From positions 45 to 64,044 of the forward strand of contig CASJPF010000015.1 of assembly GCA_949383255.1 (NCBI GenBank): a DNA stretch of 64,000 nt. The letters run 5' to 3'. Under the pieces are notes generated by a model, which was not told where the DNA came from, made no database searches, and saw only the letters and a list, made by a program, of their open reading frames with translations. Positions within the stretch are counted from its first letter, which is position 1, and every line of letters starts with the position of its first letter. The DNA comes from Lachnospiraceae bacterium. GTDB taxonomy: Bacteria; Bacillota; Clostridia; Lachnospirales; Lachnospiraceae. Both the position numbers and the translations under genes were made by a program. Positions 49,311 to 60,395 of this stretch are shown here, piece by piece.

Positions 49311-50087
49311 ATGAAAATAAAAAAATCTCCGATTGAAAAGGAATTAGAGCGGATTGTACGTGAGGAAAAAAAGCTTGAAAGACAAGCAGTGGAGTACCAT
49401 GCTGCCAAGTGGAAGGAGACATTAGAACAAAAGATTCCTTCTAAGGTGCATGAAAATTTGCAAAAAGCATTTTGTATGGCGTTTGAATTAATATTTGAAC
49501 GAGGTACAAGTCTGATTGAGAAGACATACTCCAAAGATACGATGGAAAAAGATTTTCGGATACATGATTTTGCGGTAAGCTTAAAAGGTGGCAAGAAGGA
49601 ATTTCGTCATCTGAAATCAGATGTAAGTCGTGGAAATTTGGTAAATATGGCAGTCAGCACTGTTGAAGGAGTTGGTCTGGGGATTCTGGGGATTGGATTG
49701 CCAGATATTGTATTATTTTTATCAATGATTCTGAAAGGAACTTATGAGACAGCACTGCAATATGGATTTTCTTATGATACGCCGGAGGAACGAATGTATA
49801 TTCTGAAGCTTTTGGAGGCGGCTATGTCTAAGGGGGAACAGTGGACAGTGTGCAATTTGGCAGTTGACAACTGTTTCTCTAACGAGTATCTTCAGGAGAC
49901 AAAACTTGCAGAGCAAATTAAGAATACAGCGAATGCATTTGCTGTGGATATGTTGCTTGCCAAGTTTATTCAAGGGCTTCCAATTGCAGGCGTTTTGGGT
50001 GGTATTAGCAATCCTATTTATTACAGGCGTATAATGAATTATGTACAATTAAAGTACCATAAACGATATTTGCTTTCAAAAAGATAA
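49311..50087 (+). CDS. EcsC-family protein
   Basis: EGVGLGILGIGLPDI, YGFSY, KFIQGLPIAGVLGG motifs. Confidence 0.7.
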   Translation: MKIKKSPIEKELERIVREEKKLERQAVEYHAAKWKETLEQKIPSKVHENLQKAFCMAFELIFERGTSLIEKTYSKDTMEKDFRIHDFAVSLKGGKKEFRHLKSDVSRGNLVNMAVSTVEGVGLGILGIGLPDIVLFLSMILKGTYETALQYGFSYDTPEERMYILKLLEAAMSKGEQWTVCNLAVDNCFSNEYLQETKLAEQIKNTANAFAVDMLLAKFIQGLPIAGVLGGISNPIYYRRIMNYVQLKYHKRYLLSKR

Positions 50088-50129
50088 TGACTTTGGCACA
50101 ACAAAAAATAGAAAGGAGACTGCTGCGCC

Positions 50130-51053
50130 ATGAAGCCATTGATTATTTTGACAGGTCCTACGGCGGCTGGCAAGACGAAACTTTCCATAGCGCTTGCAAA
50201 AACGATAAACGGTGAGATTATCTCCGCTGATTCCATGCAAGTATACAGACATATGGATATTGGCTCTGCCAAAATTCGGCAGGAGGAAATGCAGGGTGTA
50301 AAGCATTACCTAGTAGATATTCTCGAACCGACAGAAGCATTTCATATTGTTTTGTTTCAGAAATATGCGAAAGAGGCGATTGCGGAAATTTATGCGAAGG
50401 GAAAGATTCCAATTATTGTTGGTGGCACAGGATTTTATATTCAGTCAGTGCTATATGATATTGATTTTCAGGAGGGGGAGGAGGACTCTGTGCTCCGAAA
50501 AACATTGGAACAGCTTGCACAGGAAAAAGGTGCACAAACTCTCCATAATATTTTGAAGGAATGTGATCCCAAAGCAGCAGAGGAAATCCATGCAAACAAC
50601 ATTAAACGTGTAATCCGCGCCATTGAATTTAACCGACAGACTGGCAAGAAGATTTCGGAACACAATAACATGGAGCGGGAAAAAAAGTCCGCATATGATT
50701 CGCGTTATTTTGTGCTGACAGACCAAAGAGAGAGGATTTATGAGGCGATTGACAAACGTGTAGATCAGATGATTGAAGAAGGGCTTGTCGACGAGGTAAG
50801 GCGATTGCTGGAAATGGGATGCAAGCGGGATTCAACAGCGATGCAAGGGCTTGGATACAAAGAGATTATTTCGTATTTAATGGGTGAAGTTAGTTTGGAT
50901 GAGGCAGTGTATACCATTAAGCGGGACACACGCCATTTTGCAAAACGACAGCTTACTTGGTTTCGCAGAGAACGCGATGTTATTTGGATAGAAAAGGATA
51001 AATTTGCATACGATGAAGAAAAAATGTTACACTATATAAAAACGAAGTTATAG
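50130..51053 (+). CDS. miaA: tRNA dimethylallyltransferase
   Basis: GPTAAGKT, SADSMQVY, VGGTGFY, GLGYKE, AKRQLTWFR. Confidence 0.97.
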   Translation: MKPLIILTGPTAAGKTKLSIALAKTINGEIISADSMQVYRHMDIGSAKIRQEEMQGVKHYLVDILEPTEAFHIVLFQKYAKEAIAEIYAKGKIPIIVGGTGFYIQSVLYDIDFQEGEEDSVLRKTLEQLAQEKGAQTLHNILKECDPKAAEEIHANNIKRVIRAIEFNRQTGKKISEHNNMEREKKSAYDSRYFVLTDQRERIYEAIDKRVDQMIEEGLVDEVRRLLEMGCKRDSTAMQGLGYKEIISYLMGEVSLDEAVYTIKRDTRHFAKRQLTWFRRERDVIWIEKDKFAYDEEKMLHYIKTKL

Positions 51054-51077
51054 GATGATGGAAGGAAACTAGAGAAA

Positions 51078-52385
51078 ATGATAGAACCAACAAATGAGAA
51101 GAATACTACCATACAAAATATATACAGACAATTGGGCATTTCGGCTCGAGTTTACCGCTTTTGTCAAGAGATTTTACAACAATTACAATTGCGCTTTGAG
51201 GAGATTGATCAAAATACGGAGTATAACCAACTGAAAGTGTTGCAGGCAATGCAGAATAATAAGGTCAGTGAAGCTTGCCTTTTGGGAACTACTGGTTACG
51301 GTTATAATGATTTTGGCAGAGAGACATTGGAAGCAGTGTATGCATCTGTTTTTCACGCGGAAGATGCGCTGGTTAGACCACAGATTACTTGTGGGACACA
51401 TGCGCTGGCGTTGGCGTTGATGAGTAATCTACGCCCGGGTGATGAACTGTTGTCTCCTGTGGGAAAGCCTTATGATACGTTGGAGGAGGTAATTGGTATC
51501 CGTCCATCAAAAGGGTCACTTGCAGAGTATGGCATTTCATATAGGCAAGTAGATTTGTTTTCTGATGGCAGTTTTGACTATGATGGTATTCGGGCAGCAG
51601 TTAGCGAAAAGACAAGGCTTGTCACAATACAGCGCTCCAAGGGATATCAGACAAGACCAACGCTTTCCGTTCAAAAAATTGGAGAACTGATTTCATTTAT
51701 CAAAAAAATGAAACCAGATATTATTTGTATGGTTGATAATTGTTACGGCGAGTTTGTGGAGCGCATAGAACCTACTGATGTGGGAGCAGATATGGTGGTC
51801 GGTTCGCTCATCAAGAATCCCGGAGGCGGACTTGCGCCGATTGGCGGATATATTGCTGGGAAAAAAGAATGTGTGGAAAATGCGGCTTACAGGCTTACAT
51901 CACCCGGGCTTGGCAAGGAGGTTGGGGCTTCGCTCGGTATTCTGCGGGATTTTTATCATGGCTTGTTTCTTGCGCCAACAGTGACGGCAGGCGCGTTAAA
52001 AGGAGCCATCTTTGCGGCGAATATCTATGAAAAGTTGGGCTTTAAAGTTGTGCCAAACAGTACAGAATCAAGGCATGATATTATACAGGCGGTCGAGTTT
52101 GGGACAGCCGAAGGAGTGATTGCTTTCTGTAAAGGGATTCAGGCAGCAGCGCCGGTTGATAGTTTTGTTATACCAGAATCATGGGATATGCCCGGATATG
52201 ATGCGCCGGTGATTATGGCTGCGGGGGCATTTGTCTCGGGTTCCTCAATTGAATTGAGCGCGGATGGTCCGATGAAACCGCCTTATGCTGTGTATTTTCA
52301 AGGAGGATTGACCTTTGAGCACGCACGGTTTGGCATTATGAAGACCCTTCAGACTGTTGTTGATGCAGGAATTATAGAGATTTAA
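51078..52385 (+). CDS. YnbB-like PLP enzyme (aluminium-resistance / Met-gamma-lyase family)
   Basis: TTGYGYND.GR, GTHAL, VDNCYGEF, GSLIKNPGGG. Confidence 0.9.
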   Translation: MIEPTNEKNTTIQNIYRQLGISARVYRFCQEILQQLQLRFEEIDQNTEYNQLKVLQAMQNNKVSEACLLGTTGYGYNDFGRETLEAVYASVFHAEDALVRPQITCGTHALALALMSNLRPGDELLSPVGKPYDTLEEVIGIRPSKGSLAEYGISYRQVDLFSDGSFDYDGIRAAVSEKTRLVTIQRSKGYQTRPTLSVQKIGELISFIKKMKPDIICMVDNCYGEFVERIEPTDVGADMVVGSLIKNPGGGLAPIGGYIAGKKECVENAAYRLTSPGLGKEVGASLGILRDFYHGLFLAPTVTAGALKGAIFAANIYEKLGFKVVPNSTESRHDIIQAVEFGTAEGVIAFCKGIQAAAPVDSFVIPESWDMPGYDAPVIMAAGAFVSGSSIELSADGPMKPPYAVYFQGGLTFEHARFGIMKTLQTVVDAGIIEI

Positions 52386-52579
52386 AAAAAGTATTAAAAA
52401 TTTCATAAAACTTTCCAAAATAGGAAATATGTCGAAAAAAAACTAATCTTTTTTATGTACAGACGCAAGATGGTGTGGTAAGATATCTAAGAAAGCTGGA
52501 AAGGATGACTGCATGGTATAAAAAGGCTATAAAATTGCAGTTGTCCGATACGCTTAGATGGAGAGCAAGGCGTAAATAC

Positions 52580-53269
52580 ATGAGTCTTTTTAAAAAATTA
52601 TATGCTAAGGATGAGTTGCCTTATGACAAATTTATGAGGCTTGGACCGGAATGTCTTTCGGATGCCGAGCTTCTTGCTATCATGCTCAGGACTGGAACAA
52701 AAGAAAAAACTCCTATTGAACTTGGCAGGGAAATTTTAAAATTGGCTGGTGAGGGAATAGGGCTTTTGGGGCTGTATCATTTTGGAATTAAGGATTTGAT
52801 GCAGATATCTGGAATCGGTGAAGTCAAGGCAGTGCAATTGCTTTGCATTGCCGAAATTGCTAAGCGGACTTCCAATATGCAGGCAAGGCCAGACCTTACT
52901 TTTGACAAACCTGAGACCGTGGCGGCTTATTATATGGAACAGATGCGGCACAGAGATACAGAGCAGCTTTTATTGGTGCTTCTCGATGCCAGACGGCATA
53001 TTGTGGACGAGTCTGTATTGTCAACAGGCACATTTAATTCGACGCTGATTTCACCTAGAGAAATCTGTATTAGGGCCATGCGCAATGAAGCATCCTATAT
53101 CGTGATTCTGCACAATCATCCCAGTGGTGATCCGACGCCTAGCAGGCAGGATGTGCAAGTGACACAGAAGATAAAGGAAGTATCCGATTTAGTTGAAATT
53201 CCATTGCTGGACCATATCATTATTGGGGATAACAGATATACCAGCTTTATTCAAAAAGGACTTTTATGA
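52580..53269 (+). CDS. radC: RadC (JAB domain) protein
   Basis: LSDAELLAI.LRTG, GIGEVKA, HNHPSGDPTPS..D, LLDHIIIG. Confidence 0.92.
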   Translation: MSLFKKLYAKDELPYDKFMRLGPECLSDAELLAIMLRTGTKEKTPIELGREILKLAGEGIGLLGLYHFGIKDLMQISGIGEVKAVQLLCIAEIAKRTSNMQARPDLTFDKPETVAAYYMEQMRHRDTEQLLLVLLDARRHIVDESVLSTGTFNSTLISPREICIRAMRNEASYIVILHNHPSGDPTPSRQDVQVTQKIKEVSDLVEIPLLDHIIIGDNRYTSFIQKGLL

Positions 53270-53283
53270 GGAAAGGAGTTGTT

Positions 53284-54294
53284 ATGTTGGCTAACAACGC
53301 ATTTGGTATTGATTTAGGTACCAGAACAATTAAGATTTACAACGCTCACAGTGACAACGTTATTGTTGAGAAAAATATGATCGCGATTGAGGACAAGAAA
53401 AATTTATTTGCATATGGTGATTCTGCATTTGAAATGTTTGAGAAGGCACCATCTAGTATTGAAATATCTTATCCGCTTTGCAATGGAGTCATTGCGGATA
53501 TTAAAAATATGCAGTTGATTCTCAAGAATTTTATATTGGATTGTAACAAGGGAGTTGTGAAGCCCGCAGAGTTTTATATTGCAGTTCCATCAGATATAAC
53601 TGAGGTGGAGAAGCGGGCGTTTTCCGATTTGGTGAAAGACGCCAATATCAAGGCGAAGAAGATTTTGCGTGTGGAAAAAGCAGTTGCAGACGGGCTTGGG
53701 CTTGATATTGATGTCAAGAATGCACAGGGAATTCTTGTTGTCAATGTCGGGTTTCATACAACGGAAATCTCTATTTTATCACTGGGAGGTATTGTGCTTA
53801 GCCGTCTGATAAAAGTAGGAGGACAGAAGTTTGATGAGTCAATTAAAAATGCGATTCGCAAGGAGTTTAGCCTGATTGTCGGCAGCAAAACTGCGGAGAA
53901 TGTCAAGATAGATCTTCGGGAACTTGAGGAGGATAAGCGAAAAGCAGTTGTATATGGCCGGGATATTGTGACAGGGCTTCCTATGGAGAAGGAAATACCA
54001 ACGGATTTGGTGAGCGAGAGTATGCTTGAGAATTTTAATGTGATTATTGATAACATTAGAGTAATTCTTGAAAGAACTCCGCCAGAATTGTCCGCAGATA
54101 TTTTTCGCAGGGGAATCTATCTGACGGGAGGTGCGTCGCAGGTTGTGCATTTGGCAGAACTGATTGCAAAAGGAACCGGTTTAAGGGTAAATGTGAGTGA
54201 GAATCCGGTGTCTGGCGTTGCCCTTGGACTTGCCAAGATTATCAAAGATGATAACTATAAATCAGTTGCATATTTAGAAGGAATGGGGCGCTAG
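53284..54294 (+). CDS. mreB: Rod shape-determining protein MreB
   Basis: GIDLGT, GRDIVTGLP, LERTPPEL, GIYLTGG; heads the mreBCD block. Confidence 0.9.
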   Translation: MLANNAFGIDLGTRTIKIYNAHSDNVIVEKNMIAIEDKKNLFAYGDSAFEMFEKAPSSIEISYPLCNGVIADIKNMQLILKNFILDCNKGVVKPAEFYIAVPSDITEVEKRAFSDLVKDANIKAKKILRVEKAVADGLGLDIDVKNAQGILVVNVGFHTTEISILSLGGIVLSRLIKVGGQKFDESIKNAIRKEFSLIVGSKTAENVKIDLRELEEDKRKAVVYGRDIVTGLPMEKEIPTDLVSESMLENFNVIIDNIRVILERTPPELSADIFRRGIYLTGGASQVVHLAELIAKGTGLRVNVSENPVSGVALGLAKIIKDDNYKSVAYLEGMGR

Positions 54295-54299
54295 TATTC

Positions 54300-55172
54300 A
54301 TGAGTCCGGTGGCGAAGAGAAAAAAAGGTAAGTTCTCTATTCCAAGCAAATACCTATTGTTAATTTTGACTTGTGTCTGTGTAGCGTTGATGGCGGTGAC
54401 ATTTTTTACAGATTATTCTGCATCGCCGCTCAATAAGTTGGTGGGTTATATTGTAGTTCCATTTCAAGATGGTGTCAGTCGGATTGGCACTTGGATATCT
54501 GTCCGGATAGATGAGCTTGGAGAATTACGCATTGTACTTCAGGAAAATCAGGAACTTAAGCAACAACTCGACGAGCTGACAGTTCAGAATACACAGCTTC
54601 AGCAGGACAAATATGAATTGAACAATCTGCGGGAATTGTACAAGCTGGATGAACAGTACAGTGGATATGAGAAGGTCGGCGCCAGAATTATTGCGAGGGA
54701 CAGTGGGAATTGGTTTCATGCATTTACAATCAACAAGGGGGAAGAAGATGGACTCGCCATCGATATGAACGTGATTGCTGGCGGAGGGCTTGTTGGAAGA
54801 ATTATTGATATCGGACCAAACTGGGCAAAGGTTAACGCCATTATCAACGACGATTCCAATGTGAGTGGCATGGTGCTTGCAAGTTCCGATATTTTGATGG
54901 TCAGCGGTTCGCTTCAGTTAATGGGAGATGGCGTGATTGGTTTTGGGCAGCTTATTGATTCACAGAACACTGTGAAAGTTGGTGACAAAATAGTCACATC
55001 AAATATCAGCGACAAGTATCTGCCAAGTATTTTGATTGGATATATCAGTGAGATTAATCAGGATTCCAATAATATTACAAAATCGGGAAAAATTACGCCT
55101 GCAGTCGATTTTGAACACCTTGAGGAGGTGCTTGTTATTTTAAAGATAAAACAGCAAATAGGGGATAAGTAG
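54300..55172 (+). CDS. mreC: Rod shape-determining protein MreC
   Basis: TM + coiled coil, INKG..DG, GLVGRI, GDKIVTS, PAVDF. Confidence 0.92.
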   Translation: MSPVAKRKKGKFSIPSKYLLLILTCVCVALMAVTFFTDYSASPLNKLVGYIVVPFQDGVSRIGTWISVRIDELGELRIVLQENQELKQQLDELTVQNTQLQQDKYELNNLRELYKLDEQYSGYEKVGARIIARDSGNWFHAFTINKGEEDGLAIDMNVIAGGGLVGRIIDIGPNWAKVNAIINDDSNVSGMVLASSDILMVSGSLQLMGDGVIGFGQLIDSQNTVKVGDKIVTSNISDKYLPSILIGYISEINQDSNNITKSGKITPAVDFEHLEEVLVILKIKQQIGDK

Positions 55173-55176
55173 GTTC

Positions 55177-55692
55177 ATGAAGAGAAATATTATACTATTT
55201 TTAGTAATGTTATGTGGATTTGTTCTTCAGACAACACTGTTTCAGACGCTGAGTTTTGGCGGGATATCTCCGAATATACTAATTATTATTACAGTGTCCT
55301 ATGCATTTATGTATGGCGGGAAATGTGGTATGGTGGTTGGCTTTCTGTGTGGATTGCTAATGGATATTTTTTATGGAAATGTTCTTGGCTTTTATGCCTT
55401 GGTCTATTTGTACATAGGAGCTGCAAATGGCGTATTTCACAGTATTTTTTATCAGGATGATATCAAATTACCGCTAGTGCTAATTCTTGTGAGTGATTTT
55501 GTCTATACATTTATTTGCTATGTGTTGTTGTATCTTTTGCGGAGACGGTTTGATATTTTATATTATTTGAAATATATTATGATTCCAGAGGTTGTGTATA
55601 CTATTTTTGTTACAGTGTTTATATATCCGATGATATTGTTTTTAAACAGAACAATAGATGATGTCGAAAGAGGTGAAAATAAGGTTGTTTAG
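55177..55692 (+). CDS. mreD: Rod shape-determining protein MreD
   Basis: Polytopic membrane protein with PNIL and GF..GLL.D motifs; synteny. Confidence 0.88.
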   Translation: MKRNIILFLVMLCGFVLQTTLFQTLSFGGISPNILIIITVSYAFMYGGKCGMVVGFLCGLLMDIFYGNVLGFYALVYLYIGAANGVFHSIFYQDDIKLPLVLILVSDFVYTFICYVLLYLLRRRFDILYYLKYIMIPEVVYTIFVTVFIYPMILFLNRTIDDVERGENKVV

Positions 55693-58546
55693 AAGGATTG
55701 GTGAAAGTCTGTATAATCTGCTGACATCTAGACTGTTATTGCTGTTTATTGTGTTTGTGGGAATGGCAGCGATCTTGATTTACAGGCTGTTTGACCTGCA
55801 AATTGTAAATGGTGAATCCTATTTGAACAATTTTCGACTGATGGTACAGAAGGAAAAGGTCATAGAGGGAACACGTGGGAATATTTATGACAGAAATGGC
55901 AATCTGCTCGCCTACAATGAACTTGCGTATTCAGTTACGATAGAGGATGTCTATGAATCAAATGAAAAGCTTAATTTGACGCTTTACAAGCTGATTCATA
56001 TGATTGAAGAAAACGGCGATAACATCATCAGCGATTTTAATATTATATTAAATGACAATGGGGATTATGAATTTACTGTTGAGGGGACTCGACTGCTTCG
56101 CTTTAAAGCAGATGTCTATGGATGCCCTAAAATAGATGGACCTGATTTTAAATATTATATGAAAAATGCTTCTGCGCAGGAAATTATAGATTATCTTGTC
56201 AATCGGTTTAAAATTGGAGCTTATCATGAGAATGAGAGCGGTAAGAGAGAGTTTGTGCCAGCAGAAGGATATAGTAAAAAAGAAGTCTTACAGATTGCAA
56301 CGCTTCGATATCAGATGAACCTGTACAGTTATCAGAAATATATTCCGACAACTGTCGCGACAGATGTCTCACTAAAGACAGTGGCTGTTATTATGGAAAA
56401 TGCGGTGCAATTAGAGGGTGTTGCGATAGAGGAAGATATGATACGAAAGTATAATTACCCATTTTATTTTTCACATATTCTTGGATATACTGGTAAGATT
56501 TCTTCTGAGGAACTTGCAACGCTCTCACAGCAGGATAATAGCTATACGATGAATGACACCGTTGGAAAGGGCGGTATTGAGCAGGTAATGGAACTCAAAC
56601 TTCAGGGAAAGAAGGGTTCTGAAACGATTTATGTCGATAATATGGGAAAGGTTGTCAATACAACAGACCATGTTGAGGCGCAAGCAGGGAATGATGTCTA
56701 TCTGACATTAGACAAAGATTTGCAAGTTGCGATTTACAATATTTTGGAAGAAAAAATAGCAGGTATTCTAGTCAATAAAACTAGAAATATCTTTAATTAT
56801 GACCCGCTTTCTTCGTCGTCACGGCAGAATATTATTATTCCAATTGATGATGTGTATTTTGCCCTGATTAACAATAATGTGATTGACATGAATCATTTTA
56901 CAGACGCGGATGCTTATGATACAGAGAGAGAAGTCTATCAGATTTTTTTGGAAAAGCAACAGGACGTTCTTGCATCACTTACAGAAGAATTATCCACAAC
57001 AAAGACACCATACAATAAACTCACAAAAGAATACAAAAACTATCAGAGCTATATTGTCTCGATGTTGACGGAAAAGGAAGTTCTGATGCATTCCGCCATA
57101 AACAAGGAAGATCCAACTTATATTGCATGGACCACAGACGAAGTTATCAGCTTGAATGAATACCTGACTTATGCGATTTCACAGAATTGGATAGACATTA
57201 CAAAATTATCTGTGAAATCTCAGTATTCGGATTCTGCAGAAGTGTTGAACAGCGTGATTCAGTACATTATAGACAATCTAAAGGACAACACACGTTTTTC
57301 TAAAAAAATATATAAGTATATGATTAGCAATCAGACAATCACTGGTCGACAAATCTGTATGCTGCTCTGGGAGCAGGATTTGATTACCGTTGAGGAAAGC
57401 AAGATTACAGCCCTAAAAAATGGAGCGACGAGTCCTTATAGTTTTATATTGGAAATGATACGAACATTGCAGATTACGCCGGCGCAGTTGGCTTTGGACC
57501 CCTGTACAGGTTCCTGTGTTGTCACAGATGTCAATACAGGAGAAGTTTTAGCATTGGTATCCTATCCAGGATATGATATTAACAAGCTGGCAAATGGAGT
57601 AGACGCGGAATATTTTGCCAAATTACAGGCAGATTTATCTGTGCCACAGTGGAGTGCTGCCACACAACAGCAGACTGCACCTGGATCTACGTTTAAGATG
57701 GTATCGGCTGTCGCCGCAATGCAAGAAGGAGTTGTTTCTTCTTTGAGTGAGACAATTCGCTGCAATGGTATTTTTGATAAACTTACAGCGACAACACACA
57801 AATGCTGGTCTTCTGTAGGGCACGGTGCAATGAATTTGTCAAATGCAATTGCAAATTCTTGTAATGTATATTTTTATGAAGTTGGCTATCGGCTTGCGCA
57901 GGACAATACTGGTTACAACAGTGAATATGGTCTTGAAAGACTGGAAAAGTATGCAGATTTGTTTGGTCTTACAGAAAAGTCTGGTGTGGAAGTAACAGAA
58001 TCTGAACCAAAATTTTCTGACGAATATCCTGTTCCATCGGCCATTGGTCAGGGAACAAACAACTACACAACAGTAGGACTTGCAAGATATTTGACAGCAG
58101 TAGCAAACAGTGGTACAGTCTATCAGCTAAGTATTTTGGATAAGCTGACGGATTCACAGGGAAATCTCATTGAGGATTACAAGCCTGCAATAAGAAATAC
58201 AATTGAGATTGACAATAGTATATGGAATGCCATCCATGCTGGAATGCGGTCTGTGGTGGAAAAGAAAGCCTATTACAATGCGCTTCCAGTAGATGTTGCT
58301 GGCAAGACTGGTACGGCACAGGAGGGGCGCAACCGCACCAACCATGCACTCTTTCTAAGTTATGCACCCTATGAAAATCCTGAGATATCAGTAACAGTGC
58401 GTATCGCATATGGATACAGCTCAGATTATGCAGCACAGACTGCAAGGGATGTATATAAATATTACTATGGTCTGGCAGAGGAGGATGAGCTTCTGACAGG
58501 TACAGCAGCAACTCTTGATGCTGTCAGTGGGACACAACAGGATTAA
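55658..58546 (+). CDS. mrdA: Class B PBP (PBP2/MrdA) with large insertion
   Basis: RGNIYDRNG, GK.GIE, STFK, SCN and KTGTA; the true start may be a few codons downstream. Confidence 0.88.
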   Translation: MMSKEVKIRLFRRIGESLYNLLTSRLLLLFIVFVGMAAILIYRLFDLQIVNGESYLNNFRLMVQKEKVIEGTRGNIYDRNGNLLAYNELAYSVTIEDVYESNEKLNLTLYKLIHMIEENGDNIISDFNIILNDNGDYEFTVEGTRLLRFKADVYGCPKIDGPDFKYYMKNASAQEIIDYLVNRFKIGAYHENESGKREFVPAEGYSKKEVLQIATLRYQMNLYSYQKYIPTTVATDVSLKTVAVIMENAVQLEGVAIEEDMIRKYNYPFYFSHILGYTGKISSEELATLSQQDNSYTMNDTVGKGGIEQVMELKLQGKKGSETIYVDNMGKVVNTTDHVEAQAGNDVYLTLDKDLQVAIYNILEEKIAGILVNKTRNIFNYDPLSSSSRQNIIIPIDDVYFALINNNVIDMNHFTDADAYDTEREVYQIFLEKQQDVLASLTEELSTTKTPYNKLTKEYKNYQSYIVSMLTEKEVLMHSAINKEDPTYIAWTTDEVISLNEYLTYAISQNWIDITKLSVKSQYSDSAEVLNSVIQYIIDNLKDNTRFSKKIYKYMISNQTITGRQICMLLWEQDLITVEESKITALKNGATSPYSFILEMIRTLQITPAQLALDPCTGSCVVTDVNTGEVLALVSYPGYDINKLANGVDAEYFAKLQADLSVPQWSAATQQQTAPGSTFKMVSAVAAMQEGVVSSLSETIRCNGIFDKLTATTHKCWSSVGHGAMNLSNAIANSCNVYFYEVGYRLAQDNTGYNSEYGLERLEKYADLFGLTEKSGVEVTESEPKFSDEYPVPSAIGQGTNNYTTVGLARYLTAVANSGTVYQLSILDKLTDSQGNLIEDYKPAIRNTIEIDNSIWNAIHAGMRSVVEKKAYYNALPVDVAGKTGTAQEGRNRTNHALFLSYAPYENPEISVTVRIAYGYSSDYAAQTARDVYKYYYGLAEEDELLTGTAATLDAVSGTQQD

Positions 58547-58557
58547 AAGGAGCAGAT

Positions 58558-59238
58558 GTGAAAAATTCAGTTATTTTAAAAAGTTTTTCTAACGGCATAT
58601 CAGTTATTTTGGACAGTGTGATTCCATTTGAGGAACTGCTGAATGATATTGCAGCCAAATTCCAGAGTGCAGATGGATTTTTTAAAGACGCGTCTGTGGC
58701 GATTGCTCTGGAAGGGCGAGAATTGACTGAGGTGCAGGAGCGCCAGATTTTGGATGCAATCACGCAGAACTCTCGATTAAAAATACTTTGCCTTATGGAA
58801 AAAGATGAAGAGAAAAATTTAAAATTTCTCGAAGCACAAAACAGATTAAATTTTTACAATGATGAAAACAGCGGGCAATTTTACAGAGGGACGCTTCGGG
58901 AAGGGGCAAGCATAGAGACGGAACACAGTATTATCATTCTCGGTGACGTCTGTGAAGGAAGTTGTGTGTATTCCAGCAAAGATATCGTTATTCTTGGGAC
59001 ATTGACAGGGGATGTATATGCGGGGGCAGGAGGAAATAACAGTCATTTTATTGTGGCTCTTGACATGAATCCCGGCGTTCTTCAGATTGGTGATCTTGTG
59101 TATAGTGGTCAGCTACAGAAAACATCCAGATGGGGGTTTCGCAAGCCTCAGGCAGTACCAAAGATTGCGTACACGTACAATGGTGAAGTGCTGATTGAAT
59201 CTATTACGAAAGAATTGCTGGACAATTTTACCCTATAA
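58558..59238 (+). CDS. minC: Septum site-determining protein MinC
   Basis: GTLR.G..I, IILGDV, IVILG.L.G.V.AG; synteny. Confidence 0.88.
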   Translation: MKNSVILKSFSNGISVILDSVIPFEELLNDIAAKFQSADGFFKDASVAIALEGRELTEVQERQILDAITQNSRLKILCLMEKDEEKNLKFLEAQNRLNFYNDENSGQFYRGTLREGASIETEHSIIILGDVCEGSCVYSSKDIVILGTLTGDVYAGAGGNNSHFIVALDMNPGVLQIGDLVYSGQLQKTSRWGFRKPQAVPKIAYTYNGEVLIESITKELLDNFTL

Positions 59239-59298
59239 TAGTATATAAAATCGTATAGGTGTCCGGAGAACCATTATTAGTAATGGAGGATTTTTCCT

Positions 59299-60108
59299 AT
59301 GAGTGAAGTGATTGTTGTTACATCAGGGAAAGGCGGTGTGGGTAAGACCACCACATCTGCAAACGTAGGAACAGGTCTGGCTGAGATGGGGAAAAGTGTC
59401 GTTTTGATTGACGCAGATATTGGACTTAGAAATTTGGATGTTGTGATGGGGCTGGAGAATCGCATCGTCTATAATCTTGTCGATGTAATTGAAGGAAATT
59501 GCAGATTAAAACAGGCACTGATAAAGGACAAAAGACATACGGGCTTATTTCTTATGCCAGCAGCGCAGACGCGGGATAAGAATTGCATCACACCAGAGCA
59601 GATGGTAAAGCTTATTGACAGTTTAAGAGAACAGTTTGATTACATAATTCTGGATTGCCCAGCAGGAATTGAGCAGGGATTTCAAAATGCCATTGCGGGT
59701 GCTGACCACGCAATTGTTGTGACGACGCCGGAGGTTTCAGCGATACGAGATGCAGACAGAATTATTGGACTCCTCGAGGCGAATGAGATTAAAAAGGTTG
59801 ATTTGGTGTTGAATAGACTGCGGCAAGATTTGATACGGCGGGGCGAGATGATGACGGTTGATGACGTAATCGATATATTGGGGCTTCCACTTTTGGGGGT
59901 AGTGCCAGATGACGAAAATGTTGTAATAGCTACAAATCAGGGTGAACCGCTGGTAGGAAAAAACACGGAAGCTGGACAGGCATTTTACAACATTTGTAAG
60001 CGCCTAGAAGGAAAAGAAGTTCCCTTTCGGGATTTTGGCAAAAATATTACAATTTGGACAAGATTTTCAGCATTGTTCAAAAGAAATCTACAGGAGGAGA
60101 GGGCATGA
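59299..60108 (+). CDS. minD: Septum site-determining ATPase MinD
   Basis: SGKGGVGKTT, DADIGLRNLD, DCPAGIEQGF. Confidence 0.96.
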   Translation: MSEVIVVTSGKGGVGKTTTSANVGTGLAEMGKSVVLIDADIGLRNLDVVMGLENRIVYNLVDVIEGNCRLKQALIKDKRHTGLFLMPAAQTRDKNCITPEQMVKLIDSLREQFDYIILDCPAGIEQGFQNAIAGADHAIVVTTPEVSAIRDADRIIGLLEANEIKKVDLVLNRLRQDLIRRGEMMTVDDVIDILGLPLLGVVPDDENVVIATNQGEPLVGKNTEAGQAFYNICKRLEGKEVPFRDFGKNITIWTRFSALFKRNLQEERA

Positions 60109-60374
60109 GTTTATTTTCTATTTTTAAAAGAAGAACGTCGAGTCAAATTGCGAAAGATAGACTTAAAATCTTGCTGATATCAGACAGAGTCAACTGTTCT
60201 CCTGAGATGATGGAACTGATTAAGAATGATATTGCGCAGGTGATATCAAAGTATATGCAGATTGATGCATCCAGCATGGAGGTTCAGATTGCCAAGACTG
60301 GAAACGCGGCAAGAAATGGTAAAAAAATGCCTGTATTATACGCAAATATACCAATTTTGGATTTGCGCAGCTAG
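60105..60374 (+). CDS. minE: Cell division topological specificity factor MinE
   Basis: S..IAKDRLKILLISDR, LYANIPI. Confidence 0.92.
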   Translation: MSLFSIFKRRTSSQIAKDRLKILLISDRVNCSPEMMELIKNDIAQVISKYMQIDASSMEVQIAKTGNAARNGKKMPVLYANIPILDLRS

Positions 60375-60395
60375 ATTGTATAAAGGACAGGGATA

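Noticed and set aside
52430-52550. c-di-GMP-I riboswitch upstream of radC (GACGCAAG, TCTAAG, CAGTTG fragments)
   Set aside because: The GGCAAAC/GNRA P2 hairpin and consistent pairing are absent; only scattered words match.
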